Assembly (NCBI RefSeq): GCF_913055775.1
Contig: NZ_CAJXJX010000001.1
Span: forward strand, 1-59,443
Length of the DNA: 59,443 nucleotides
Direction: 5' to 3'
Origin: an uncultured Demequina sp.
GTDB taxonomy: Bacteria; Actinomycetota; Actinomycetes; Actinomycetales; Demequinaceae
Shown: piece by piece, positions 39,068 to 48,603 of the stretch
Position numbering within the stretch: position 1 is the stretch's first letter
Layout of the letters: each line of letters opens with the position of its first letter
Notes under the pieces: generated by a model
Database searches by the model: none
Told to the model about the DNA's origin: nothing
What the model saw: the letters and a program-made list of their open reading frames with translations, nothing else
Translations under genes and position numbers: made by a program

Positions 39068-42000
39068 CTAGCCTACAGATGGCGGCATTCGCCGGGAGCG
39101 CACGACGTCGAACCGCAGGGCGCGCGTCTTCGGCGCTGACAGGTCAACTCGCATCCACTCCGCCGACTCGCCGACCGCCCTTAGGAGATCGTCCTGCCGG
39201 GGTTGGCCAAGCAACTGACGGTAAGTGACGACCGTCCGAAGCAAGCGGTTGTAGTGCTGGAGCTCTCGACTCAGCGGCTGGGCAGGCACATAGCGCTCGA
39301 TAGCGGCGCCGTCGGAGCTCGGGTAGACCCAGAACGGCACGACCTCGGACTCGGCATCGGCCCGGCGTGCCACCGCGGACGAGAACGCGGCCTCCCAGGG
39401 GTCGTGGTAGCGGGCATTGAGAGCCGCCGCCCGATGATCATGCGCCACGTTCTTCCGCACTGCGTGACCCTTGTATCGATGGACCCGCCCCTCGCGCTGC
39501 TCAAGATCGACCGGGTTGCCGGGCAAGTTCCAGTGGACAATCGCGTGGCTATAAGTGTGAAAGTCCAAACCCTCCTGGCCCACGGACGTCGACGCAAGCA
39601 CAAACGGCCTGAATGGCGAGTTATAGGCGACGCGCACGGCACCTTCGCGCACCACTGCCTTGTCATCGGACTGCGCGCGGCCATAGCGCGCGGCGAAGTG
39701 ACTGCCGACGCGATGTGGCGTGAGCTCGATGCGCCCCGATTCGACCGAGACGTCTTCGACCACGTTGGTCGCGGTGCGTGTCGAGAGCGCCTCGCCGATC
39801 ACGGCAGATAGCCGGTCGGCGCGCGCGCCCGGAGCGGCATCCTGGAGCCCCTCCGACTCGAGCAGGACGTGGACATACTCATCGAGCACTGCCTGCAAGC
39901 CGCCGTCGATGCCGTGGTGCAAGACGCCGCGCCAGTACGCCTCGCCGTCGTGCGACCGCAGCAGCGCGATGATCTCCGGCTTGTTGAACATCGACCGCAG
40001 GCCCAGTGCGATCTCCACTGCGCCGCCTCGAAGTGCAGCGTCGCCGAGTGCATCAGCGCCGCCTGCAATGCGCGAGAGTGCGCGCAAGCCGACGACTCCA
40101 GGACCTGCGATAGCGACGTCAGTGAGCACCCCGGCGAGGTCGTGCGGAACGGCGCCCAGGCCGAGCGCGACCGCGCCGGACGGCTCTTCGACAGAGTCCA
40201 GACGTGCCAGAAGTTCGAGGTGCTCTCTCAGCCGGCTGGTGCCATCGCCCTCGTCGATCGCTCGCGCCCGGATCAAGCGCGAGAGCTCACGCGCGCTCAC
40301 GCCCTCGACGTGCCGGTCGAGCATCGCCGCCACAACCCAGTACCACCGCGAGTCCGTCGCGCCCCCGACGTCCGGAAGCGGCGGCAAGCGACCGAGCAGA
40401 GTCTCGATCCGCTCTCGAACAATCCCGATCATGTGTTCGCGATCCATCGGCATCGCGCCAACCTCTCGTGCGATGGCGAGCGGATCGGCGACGCGTGCAA
40501 GCGCGGTCGACGGGTAGAGCAGAGTCATGGTCGTGCCCGCAGGCCGGTACTGGAGCGGCGCGGTGGTGGCGCGCTGCTCGTCGTACGTCCGCCCGGCGAG
40601 CCCGGCGTGCTCGAGCGTCAGCCGCTCGGCCTCGTAGCTCGTCATCACTGCGATGGCCTTGGGAACCACAGCCCATGCCGAGAAGATCAGCCGCTTGGTG
40701 AAGCGACGCAGCTGCTCGTCCGCGTAGTCAGCTCCGAGCTCGTAGTAGGGCATCGACGGCGGGAGCCATGCGAGCTTCCATGCTCCGCGGTCGAGCACGT
40801 CGGCGAACAGCCCTCGGAGCTTGGCATTGCCTGGGTCGATTCGCGCGTACGACGCGATGTCGACTCGGCTGAGCATCCCGGACGCTTTCTCGAGGAGTCG
40901 TGCCAGCGACGGGTCACCGGTCTCGACAGCCGCCTCGAAGCGCTTGCGGATCTGGTAGGTCCCCCGCTCCATCAGGTTCAGCGGGTACGGACTTGAACGC
41001 CAGTACTCGAAGACATCGTGGCGGTCGAGATGCCTGGCAGCTGCGTCGAAGGTCACCCATGACCGTAGGTCCGCGCGATCGATCACCGCTCCGGGCATCG
41101 GCGCCTCGCGCAGCATCCCGTCACGGTCGGGTGTCGAGGCCAACCTCTCCATGCGGCTCATCACACGCCGCAGCGTCTGCTCGACGCGATCGCGGGCGCA
41201 GAGCGCCTCAGCGGTCGGCCCACCAGCCACTGCCGCTTCCCTCATCACGCGCAGATCGTCGCGGACACCCCGTGCCGCGTCCTCACCCGCGAGGAAGCCG
41301 ACGGTGCGTTGGAAGTCGTCGTAGTGGTCATCGCCACTCGGCTCGTCGGGAAGTGTGTACATCTTGAATGGAGTCGCGGACAAGAGCAGCACACGCGCCT
41401 TCTCGTGATCGAACACCTCTCGCGCGAGGTCCGATCCGTAGCCTTCGCCGTCGAGCACGTCCTTGAACCGCTGGAACTCATCGAGGATCACGAGGTCGGG
41501 CTCGAGGTGCTCGACCGCAGCGCGGGCGACCACGTGGCGTAGCCGGCCAACAAGGAGGTTGCGTTCGTTGCGGAGGGTCGAATTGGGTTGGCCGCGGGTC
41601 TTGCGAAACCTATCGACGCACGCCTCGAGTTCGTCAACGAGAGGTCGGCCCCGCGGCCCGATCGCGTGCTCAACGGCTCGACCGAAAGAGGAGACCAACT
41701 CATGGTCGAGGGTGCCGCGATCGAAGTCTCGGAGGTATTTCAGGAAGTTCTCCTCTCCCACTCGCCCCTGAAAGAAACGCCTCCAGGGGCGAGTCGCAAG
41801 CTTGCGCCTTCCCCAGTGCGCAGCAAGCATCCAGTAGAGAAGGACCCGCTCTGGGTACGCGCCGTCAGACGCGCCGTCGCTGAACGAGGTGCCAGGCGTG
41901 AACGAGATGAAGTTGACCTTCTCTGCGCGCAGGTCTTGCAGCGCCTTGGGTAGGAGCGTGAGCCGGTCAGCGTGCCGCAGCTCGGCGCCTCCGACGACAT

Positions 42001-42280
42001 TGAGACGGCTGAGGTTCTGTCGCGCGATCTGGGTGTTCGAGCAGATGTAGACGATGTCGATGCGGTCTTCCTTGTCCCACAAGTACTCGACAGCCTTGGC
42101 GATGACGCCCTTCGCAATCATGGTCTTGCCGAGCCCGACCTCGTCGGCCACGAGGAACCGCTTGGTCCAGTCCTCATCCGCCCATAGCCGCTGGAACGCG
42201 TAGTCGACCGTGCGACGCTGGAAGTCCTTGAGGCTGCCGAGAATTCTCTCGGTGTCTGGACGCTCTCGGGACGCACTCAT
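39068..42280 (-). CDS. SF2 helicase (third gene of the DUF6361-PLD-helicase module)
   Basis: LKDFQ, FLVADEVGLGKT, LDEFQRF, LSATP, GQEGLDFH and EQREGRVHRY motifs; ATG overlaps the PLD stop. Confidence 0.88.
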   Translation of the reverse strand: MSASRERPDTERILGSLKDFQRRTVDYAFQRLWADEDWTKRFLVADEVGLGKTMIAKGVIAKAVEYLWDKEDRIDIVYICSNTQIARQNLSRLNVVGGAELRHADRLTLLPKALQDLRAEKVNFISFTPGTSFSDGASDGAYPERVLLYWMLAAHWGRRKLATRPWRRFFQGRVGEENFLKYLRDFDRGTLDHELVSSFGRAVEHAIGPRGRPLVDELEACVDRFRKTRGQPNSTLRNERNLLVGRLRHVVARAAVEHLEPDLVILDEFQRFKDVLDGEGYGSDLAREVFDHEKARVLLLSATPFKMYTLPDEPSGDDHYDDFQRTVGFLAGEDAARGVRDDLRVMREAAVAGGPTAEALCARDRVEQTLRRVMSRMERLASTPDRDGMLREAPMPGAVIDRADLRSWVTFDAAARHLDRHDVFEYWRSSPYPLNLMERGTYQIRKRFEAAVETGDPSLARLLEKASGMLSRVDIASYARIDPGNAKLRGLFADVLDRGAWKLAWLPPSMPYYELGADYADEQLRRFTKRLIFSAWAVVPKAIAVMTSYEAERLTLEHAGLAGRTYDEQRATTAPLQYRPAGTTMTLLYPSTALARVADPLAIAREVGAMPMDREHMIGIVRERIETLLGRLPPLPDVGGATDSRWYWVVAAMLDRHVEGVSARELSRLIRARAIDEGDGTSRLREHLELLARLDSVEEPSGAVALGLGAVPHDLAGVLTDVAIAGPGVVGLRALSRIAGGADALGDAALRGGAVEIALGLRSMFNKPEIIALLRSHDGEAYWRGVLHHGIDGGLQAVLDEYVHVLLESEGLQDAAPGARADRLSAVIGEALSTRTATNVVEDVSVESGRIELTPHRVGSHFAARYGRAQSDDKAVVREGAVRVAYNSPFRPFVLASTSVGQEGLDFHTYSHAIVHWNLPGNPVDLEQREGRVHRYKGHAVRKNVAHDHRAAALNARYHDPWEAAFSSAVARRADAESEVVPFWVYPSSDGAAIERYVPAQPLSRELQHYNRLLRTVVTYRQLLGQPRQDDLLRAVGESAEWMRVDLSAPKTRALRFDVVRSRRMPPSVG

Positions 42281-44103
42281 GAGCGCTTCTCCGTGTGGAC
42301 GGACCACACGACGTTCCAGAGGTCCTCGAATCCCTCTGGCATCAGTTCGGCACCGCCGCGCGCCTGCCTGAGCTCGTCCATCGCCCCGGCGATGCGCGCA
42401 AGCGCCGCGTCGTCGCGCCCGACCGCGTGCACGAGCGGTTCGAACAGCGCCACGTCTTCGTTGGTACCGCGGTACCCGCCTTCCCAGGCCACCGCATCGG
42501 CGCCAGCAAGCTCCGCGAGCAGCGCGTCGTACGCGGGGTCACCGAGCAAGAAGATCAGGTATCGCAGCACGTCACGCTGAGACTTGAGCACCGAAGCGAA
42601 AGCGTTCTTGCGACGGTCGCCGACGTCGCCGGTGAGCTCCGCCTTCACCACGCACCGACGGCTCACCTTCGCGTCGCCAATGCCCGCCGTCGTCTCCAGG
42701 GCGACGAACGGCGTGACGTTATCCGTCGCCAGGGTCCAATCCATCACCTCAGCGAGCTCGCGAGCATGGCCGTCACGTGCGATGGAGATCGGCCATGCGA
42801 CGGTGCTGCCCGGCGGCTCGGGCGGCACCACCAGCGCGACAGCCACCTGCGCGCGATCGTCGTCGATCGTCGCGACGTGAGCAGAGACGCCTGCCTCCGC
42901 GATGGCGCGATGGAATGCCTCGATCTCATACGTGGTCGCGATCTGGGCGTCGTCGATCCCGTCCGCTTCGGCAGCCGATGCGGGCTCGAGCATACGTATG
43001 AGACCCGGCGCCTCTTCGGTCCCATCGAGTACTTGCTTGACGCCACATTCGCGCGTCGCGCCGCGCAGTACGACGTCGAACTCGACGTTCCCTCCCCAAC
43101 GCGCGCTCGTGAGGTTGGCACTGCCAGTGACGACCTCGGACGTGCCTCCGTCGAGATCCACGATGAAGGTCTTGGCATGAAGTCCTTCGTTGGCGCCGCC
43201 GAACTCGAAGCCGACGGCTTCGGCCTCGCCAACCTCCGCGCCGGCCTCTACCTCTGCCAAGCGCTGCAGGACGTTCGTGTCCCAGCCGGCGAGCGCATCG
43301 GCGCCAAGAAGGTCGAGCGACTCTTGCCGGGTGATCAGCGTCCGCGAGCTCGCAAGAGTGCCGAGCGAGCGAACCCCAGCGCGCGACAGGAACGGGCTGA
43401 TTGCGAGGACTCGTCGAGCACGGTCCGGGAAGGGCCACACTTCGGCGCCGTCAATGCCGATCGGCAGCAGCTCGCCCGAGGTGAAAGGCGCCGGCACGAC
43501 GAGCCGAGTCTCCCGGAGCGTGCTCGCGAGGCTGGCGATCTGCTGAGCGCGGTCCGTCGCAAGCGGGCGCAAGCCGAGACCGGGCAGGGCCTCAACGAAA
43601 CCGGCCATCGGCGCGGCGTCGATGGTCCCGCCCGGGGCCTCGTCGAGCACGAGCGCCGTATCCCACGACCGATCGAAGGTGATGTTCCGGCTCAGCACGA
43701 CGACCCGGTGAAGGAACGAGGACCGTGACTCGTCCGCGAATCGAAGCACCCAGACCTTGGGATGGAAGATCGCGCCGTCTCGTGGCGCCACCACCTCGCG
43801 GACGCTTTCCTCCACGAACAGCAAGATGCTGCGGTAGTTCGGCGGGACATGGATGCCGCCCGCCTGGCAGAACACTGTGGTCCGGTCCGCGTAGCGGCGT
43901 ACAGCCTCCAGCAATCGCACAGGGTCCGCTGCGTCCAGGTCCGAGCCGGCGATACGGTCCTCAAGCGCAAACGAGAGCGGCGCCAGAAGCATTGCGGTGA
44001 GGTCCATCGAGTACGTGGTGCCGACCGCGACGTCCACGCCCATGCCAGCGGGCGGGCGCAGCGCATCTGTGAGGAGCACGCGCGTCTCAGGGGTGAGTGT
44101 CAT
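42277..44103 (-). CDS. Phospholipase D-family nuclease-like protein with two HxK motifs
   Basis: FHPKVWVL...SRNIT and LHAKTFIVD...GSANLT...NVE; ATG 44103 overlaps the upstream stop. Confidence 0.85.
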   Translation of the reverse strand: MTLTPETRVLLTDALRPPAGMGVDVAVGTTYSMDLTAMLLAPLSFALEDRIAGSDLDAADPVRLLEAVRRYADRTTVFCQAGGIHVPPNYRSILLFVEESVREVVAPRDGAIFHPKVWVLRFADESRSSFLHRVVVLSRNITFDRSWDTALVLDEAPGGTIDAAPMAGFVEALPGLGLRPLATDRAQQIASLASTLRETRLVVPAPFTSGELLPIGIDGAEVWPFPDRARRVLAISPFLSRAGVRSLGTLASSRTLITRQESLDLLGADALAGWDTNVLQRLAEVEAGAEVGEAEAVGFEFGGANEGLHAKTFIVDLDGGTSEVVTGSANLTSARWGGNVEFDVVLRGATRECGVKQVLDGTEEAPGLIRMLEPASAAEADGIDDAQIATTYEIEAFHRAIAEAGVSAHVATIDDDRAQVAVALVVPPEPPGSTVAWPISIARDGHARELAEVMDWTLATDNVTPFVALETTAGIGDAKVSRRCVVKAELTGDVGDRRKNAFASVLKSQRDVLRYLIFLLGDPAYDALLAELAGADAVAWEGGYRGTNEDVALFEPLVHAVGRDDAALARIAGAMDELRQARGGAELMPEGFEDLWNVVWSVHTEKRS

Positions 44104-45302
44104 GCGGCGCCCCTCGCCTGGTAGAGGTCGCGCAGATGCGCTGAAGTGTTGGCCCAGCGGAAGTCGAGATGACCAAGGCCGCTCGATCCTGACCAGCGAT
44201 CGAGCGCCGACTGGTTCACGAACCGGGCACGGCTGCCCTTGATCTGGCGCTCGCGGGTCTCGGCGAGCCGCGCCGCGTCGCTGCTCGTCAGGAGATCGCC
44301 TCGGGAGCTCGCGATGTCCACCCAAGAATCCACGAAGGCCCGCGTCGTGTGGCGAAGCTGAGGGTTGTGAGTTCCGATGAGACGCCACCATGCAGCCCGG
44401 TCCCACGTCGCGGCGAGCTCGCGTGCGCCGGAGTCCTGCCACTCGGCGAGCGAATGCTCGTGGCCGACGAGCACATCCTCTCGTGCGCCTTTGCGCGCCA
44501 GCGCCACGTTGTAGACGAGTGCGGCGCCGTGAACAAGGACGCTGAAGCGCTGGGCGTGGTCGACGAGGTCGCGCAGATCCTGTGGGAGCTGATCCGTATT
44601 GCCAATTTCCCACGGGTAGCCCGCGGAATCCGGACCGTCCATGTTGGGCGGTGGGTTGCGCGTAAGCCACGCGAGAAGCGTTCCGCGTGTTCGCGAGGAG
44701 ATCCGGTACGAGAGGTACTCCTCCTCGCGGGCAGTCAGTTCGAAGGTCACCTGGCCCAGAAGTCCATCGGGTGGCGGAGGAAGCTCGGCGTCGATGCCGT
44801 CGCCGGGCAGCGTCATGTGCGAGTCGATGTCGTCGGCGTCGGCGGTCCTATCCCTCAGGGACCTGAAGTCCGACAGGCGACGGTAGTAGGCGTTCGGGGA
44901 AGATGCGTCCACCAAGCCCCAGTTGCCGAGCGCCGACCAGTAGACGTCACTAGGTAGCCTCTTGAGTGAACGCCGCGCGACGTTGCCCATGACGCCTTCG
45001 GTCTCACCACCCGCGAGCAGGCTGTCGATGAGGCGGTACTGCAGGTGCCGGAACTCCGCAGACATCTCCGCAGGCGTGTGCTTGCGCGACGCGGCTTGCA
45101 TGAGCCACGGCAGGAACAGGACATACCGAAGTCGTGTGTGCAGGGTGGACGTGCCGGGGAACATGGCATTCGCGAGGGTGTCGCGGATCGCGCCGATGCC
45201 CAGCTCGTCAATGGTCCCCTGCTCCCGGAAGAGGTCGACGACCTCCAGCATGCGGCGGCGCTGCTCGTCGTCATTGTCGAGCCATCCGAATGCCGAAGCC
45301 AT
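44100..45302 (-). CDS. DUF6361 family protein
   Basis: MASAFGWLD, DELGIGAIRD...FPGTSTLHTRLRY and PS.VYW..L..WG motifs. Confidence 0.8.
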   Translation of the reverse strand: MASAFGWLDNDDEQRRRMLEVVDLFREQGTIDELGIGAIRDTLANAMFPGTSTLHTRLRYVLFLPWLMQAASRKHTPAEMSAEFRHLQYRLIDSLLAGGETEGVMGNVARRSLKRLPSDVYWSALGNWGLVDASSPNAYYRRLSDFRSLRDRTADADDIDSHMTLPGDGIDAELPPPPDGLLGQVTFELTAREEEYLSYRISSRTRGTLLAWLTRNPPPNMDGPDSAGYPWEIGNTDQLPQDLRDLVDHAQRFSVLVHGAALVYNVALARKGAREDVLVGHEHSLAEWQDSGARELAATWDRAAWWRLIGTHNPQLRHTTRAFVDSWVDIASSRGDLLTSSDAARLAETRERQIKGSRARFVNQSALDRWSGSSGLGHLDFRWANTSAHLRDLYQARGAA

Positions 45303-45308
45303 GATGTG

Positions 45309-45384
45309 ATCCTGGCGCAATGGTGCGACATTTCCAACAGGTCGACGTGCCACGGTTGGCAATGTCACAGGGCTCTGCCAGGCT
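45309..45384. promoter_or_regulatory. Back-to-back PafBC/RecA-NDp-like promoters for the defence operon (-) and DUF429 (+)
   Basis: Minus: TGTCGC-ACCATTGCGC-CAGGAT-N6-ATG (45330..45309). Plus: TGTCAC-AGGGCTCTGC-CAGGCT-N6-ATG (45363..45384). The two arms form a 13/15 inverted repeat (45324-45338 / 45355-45369). Confidence 0.7.
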
Positions 45385-45390
45385 CACGCC

Positions 45391-46083
45391 ATGACAGTGT
45401 TGGGCTTGGACGGATGCAAGGGCGGATGGGCCGCCGTCGCCATTGACGACGAGGGTCTTGTTGGCTCGTTCGTGGCCGCGAGCATTGCCGATGTGGAAGC
45501 CGAGGCGAATGCGCGCTGGAACGTCGCGACGATTGTGGTCGATATCCCCATCGGACTGCCGGATAGAGGCCCTCGACAAGCCGACATCGAGGCTCGTAAG
45601 TTCATCGGGCCCCGCCGCAACAGCGTCTTCCCCACCCCTGTGCGCAACGCGGTCGAGTCGTCTACGTACCTCGAGGCATCAGCAGCATCAATCGCTGCGT
45701 CTGGCAAGAGCCTCAGCAAGCAGGCTTGGGCAATCACGCCGAAGATTCGCGAGGTGGATGCTCACATCAAGTCGGGTGACGCCTCCGCTCGCATTCTCGA
45801 AGGACACCCGGAAGTGTCATTCCGCGCAATGGCAGGAGAGTCGATCGACCACTACAAGAAGTCGCTGTCTGGTCTCCTCCTGAGGCGAGAGTTGCTTGCA
45901 AGCGAAGGAGTAGCGTTTCCTGAGGGCATCGAGCGCGAACTCAAGGGCTGCGACCTCGACGACCTCCACGATGCCGCCGCGATGGCATGGACGGCGCGGC
46001 GGGTTGAGCGTGGAGAGGTAGACAGCAAGCCGAACGCTCCCGAAGTCTTCTCCGATGGGCTGCCCAGTGCGATCTGGTACTAG
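45391..46083 (+). CDS. DUF429 family predicted RNase H-like nuclease
   Basis: VLGLDGCKGGW, VDIPIGL, R.AD..AR, EGHPEVSF and DDLHDA motifs. Confidence 0.85.
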   Translation: MTVLGLDGCKGGWAAVAIDDEGLVGSFVAASIADVEAEANARWNVATIVVDIPIGLPDRGPRQADIEARKFIGPRRNSVFPTPVRNAVESSTYLEASAASIAASGKSLSKQAWAITPKIREVDAHIKSGDASARILEGHPEVSFRAMAGESIDHYKKSLSGLLLRRELLASEGVAFPEGIERELKGCDLDDLHDAAAMAWTARRVERGEVDSKPNAPEVFSDGLPSAIWY

Positions 46084-46411
46084 CGAGAGCTCTAGGAGGG
46101 CCGCATATTCACGGCTCCTACGCTTCCTCAAGTGGATGCCGCCGTACGCCAGTTCTTCAGAGAAGGCCTATGCAAGGTCGAGCCAACGCTTTCTAGTCTG
46201 GAGCGGAGCGGTGGCTGCAACCTCGTGTTGCCTGGCAACAGGCCTAGTCTTTCTCCTGGTACTTTCTCTGACTTCGGAGTCAGCGGAGTCTCATATCGGC
46301 GCACTGTCGGTGCTGTCAATCCTGTGGCTCTGCTCAACAGCATGTTGGCTCATAGCCATGTCTCTCGCACCGAACCCCGACCTCGAGGTGCGGGTGAGTA
46401 TAGATGAGTGA
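46055..46411 (+). CDS. Hypothetical 2-TM protein (start uncertain)
   Basis: Two hydrophobic helices; stop overlaps the next ATG; atypical codon usage. Confidence 0.4.
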   Translation: MGCPVRSGTSESSRRAAYSRLLRFLKWMPPYASSSEKAYARSSQRFLVWSGAVAATSCCLATGLVFLLVLSLTSESAESHIGALSVLSILWLCSTACWLIAMSLAPNPDLEVRVSIDE

Positions 46412-46955
46412 GACAGTTTTCGGAGCAGTTGCATTGGCCCTCTTGTTGGCTTCGCTGCTCCTCAGTGCGGGATACGTCATCAAGGTTGTGGCACTAAGGC
46501 GGGAGTACACACGGCGTCTCTCTGGCGTGCCTCCGATAGAACGCAATCTCGAGTTCTCAGCGGTCGACCCAGAGGAGGTCGCATGGTCGCTCACTGAGTT
46601 GCAAGTCCGCGGGTACCCTTCGCGCAGCCAGTTTCAAGAGATGGAGGAGTCGTCACGGCTTATCTACGCTGCATCGCTCGAGGGCAAGGTGCGCACGAGT
46701 GGCCTCTGGGCGACCACGTTCGCGACCGTTTCGACGATTGTCGTGTCGATCGGCGCAACGCTGCTCGTCGGGAGGATCAGTGAGGGCAGCCCGCTGAGCG
46801 CGACGGAAATCGCGACGAACGTGCTCGTAGGAGCCGTTCTCGCGGCATTCGCGATGGTGCCTGGGTTCTCGGCAGTGATCGCGACGAACCAGCGACGGCG
46901 ATGGGAGAGCCTGCTCGAGTCCTACCGGAGCTCGGGGCGTGGAGGACAGCCCTGA
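46404..46955 (+). CDS. Hypothetical 3-TM membrane protein
   Basis: One N-terminal and two C-terminal TM helices; low-GC codon usage like the rest of the island. Confidence 0.6.
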   Translation: MSETVFGAVALALLLASLLLSAGYVIKVVALRREYTRRLSGVPPIERNLEFSAVDPEEVAWSLTELQVRGYPSRSQFQEMEESSRLIYAASLEGKVRTSGLWATTFATVSTIVVSIGATLLVGRISEGSPLSATEIATNVLVGAVLAAFAMVPGFSAVIATNQRRRWESLLESYRSSGRGGQP

Positions 46956-47022
46956 GCTCCGATACCCGCACGCCTCGAAACTCAAGCCAGCCCGCGCATC
47001 GGCCCTCCCGAGCCGCGTGCGC

Positions 47023-48456
47023 CTAAGCGCCCTCAGCCATCGGCAGCCGCCCAGACTTGACCGCCGCCAGCAGCGCCTCGTGGTCCGCTTCCGTCTGGTC
47101 GGCATAGGCGCGCGCGAAGCGGGCCATCGCCTTGTCGACGTTCTTGCCGGCGCCCAGGTAGCCGGCGATCATCGACGCTCCGCTGGTGCGCGCTTGGCCC
47201 TTCGCGAGCAGCCGCCCGGCCAGTCCCGCATAGTTGGCCAGCGCACTCGCGGAGATCTTCTTGAGCGACACCGCGCCCTTCATGTTGCGGAACTGGCGCA
47301 CGTAGAAGTCGCGGCTGTCCACGGTGGTCCAGCCCAGCAGCGGATCGCTCACGGTCTGCAGCGCCTGCTGGTACTCGACCACGCGCTCGCCCTGGTGCCC
47401 GTGACGTGCGTTCTCGCCGTGCACGTACTGCGCGAGCACCGAGCGTCGCGCCTGCTTGAGCTGCAGAAAGATCACGTCGTCCCCGCTCGAGCCCTCGAGC
47501 AGCGCCACATACGCGCGCAGGCCCACGGACCCCACGCCCACCACCTTGTGCGCCACATCCACCAGCGTGTAGCCGCCCAGCATGCGCCGCCAGTGCGGGT
47601 CCAGCGTCTGCAGGTAGTCGTCAAGGCCCTCGGCGAGCATCTCCGCCTCCGCGTCCGGCAGCCGGGGGATCAGCGGCGGCTCCTCGACAATGCGCCGCTC
47701 GCCCTTGTCCTCCGCGGTGAAGCGCGGCAGCGCACGGTCCGAGGTGCGCTTGCGCGCACGCTTGGCCGCCCGCTTGAGCTCGGAGTCCAGCGAGCTGTCC
47801 GAGGCGTGATGGGCCAGGCGGTCCATGTCGAGACGCTCGAACGATCGGCTGAACAGCGGCTGCTCGGCCAGGTAGCGCATCTCGTCGCGATACGCCCCTG
47901 CGCACGCGCGCACCGCCTCCTCGCACTTCTTCTCCGACGTGCCGTTCTCACGGCCCGCGACCCAGGTGCTGGCCACCAGCCGGCGCAGGTCCCACTCCCA
48001 GGCACCTGGGTGGGACTCGTCGAAGTCGTTGAGGTCCATCACCAGGTCGCGCTCGGGCGAGGCGTAGAAGCCCACATTGCCCAGGTGCGCATCCCCGCAC
48101 ACCACCGGCGTGATGCCGGTGGACGGCAGCCGAGCCACGTCGTCGGCCATCACCACCGCCGAGCCCCGCAGGAACCCGTACGGCGACGCCGCCATGCGCG
48201 CCACGCGCACGGCCACCAGGTCAGGGATGCGGCCCTCGTGGTTCTTCTCGATGAGCCCGATGGGGTCGCGGTCTTGTGCGCCGATGCGCCACTCGGCCAG
48301 GGCGCGACGCGGGACGTTCTTGCGTAGCGACTTGCCCAGCGCGTAGCGCTCGGCGCGGGTGTCCGGCCGGGTGCGCAGCGACTCGTAGGCGACGCGGTTG
48401 TCGTCCACGTCGGTCTCTGTCAGGACACCGTGTGACTGCGGCTCTTGCTGTTGCAC
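47023..48456 (-). CDS. DUF2252 family protein (kinase-like fold)
   Basis: RMAASPYGFLRGSA, CGDAHLGN, DLNDFDE and KVVGVGSVG motifs; GGAGGGGAG RBS before GTG 48456. Confidence 0.9.
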   Translation of the reverse strand: MQQQEPQSHGVLTETDVDDNRVAYESLRTRPDTRAERYALGKSLRKNVPRRALAEWRIGAQDRDPIGLIEKNHEGRIPDLVAVRVARMAASPYGFLRGSAVVMADDVARLPSTGITPVVCGDAHLGNVGFYASPERDLVMDLNDFDESHPGAWEWDLRRLVASTWVAGRENGTSEKKCEEAVRACAGAYRDEMRYLAEQPLFSRSFERLDMDRLAHHASDSSLDSELKRAAKRARKRTSDRALPRFTAEDKGERRIVEEPPLIPRLPDAEAEMLAEGLDDYLQTLDPHWRRMLGGYTLVDVAHKVVGVGSVGLRAYVALLEGSSGDDVIFLQLKQARRSVLAQYVHGENARHGHQGERVVEYQQALQTVSDPLLGWTTVDSRDFYVRQFRNMKGAVSLKKISASALANYAGLAGRLLAKGQARTSGASMIAGYLGAGKNVDKAMARFARAYADQTEADHEALLAAVKSGRLPMAEGA

Positions 48457-48603
48457 GTGCGCACTCCCCTCCGCCCCGCTCGGACCGAGGGAGACCCCGC
48501 CATCGTTGCACGCGCACCTCCCGCTCCCCCACCCTTGCCCGCACCAGGGGCGTTCGCTACTGTCAGAAGGCCAATCGCGCGTCCGACAAGCTGGGGGGGT
48601 CCC

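Larger units (their letters stand above)
20347..46955. other. Anti-phage defence island (about 26.6 kb)
   Basis: Contiguous RT-nitrilase, DISARM I, hydrolase, helicase-PLD-DUF6361 and DUF429 genes; visibly more A/T at third codon positions than the flanks; no integrase or tRNA seen. Boundaries approximate. Confidence 0.85.

Noticed and set aside
20305-46960. Short shared CTGAGCTCC near both island edges as a target-site duplication
   Set aside because: Only 9 bp, GC-rich, no integrase, and the boundaries are not independently defined.
48561-48588. TGTCAG...CCGACA inverted pair between DUF2252 and the serine hydrolase
   Set aside because: Neither orientation has a -10-like hexamer at N10 spacing, so it was not counted as a PafBC promoter.
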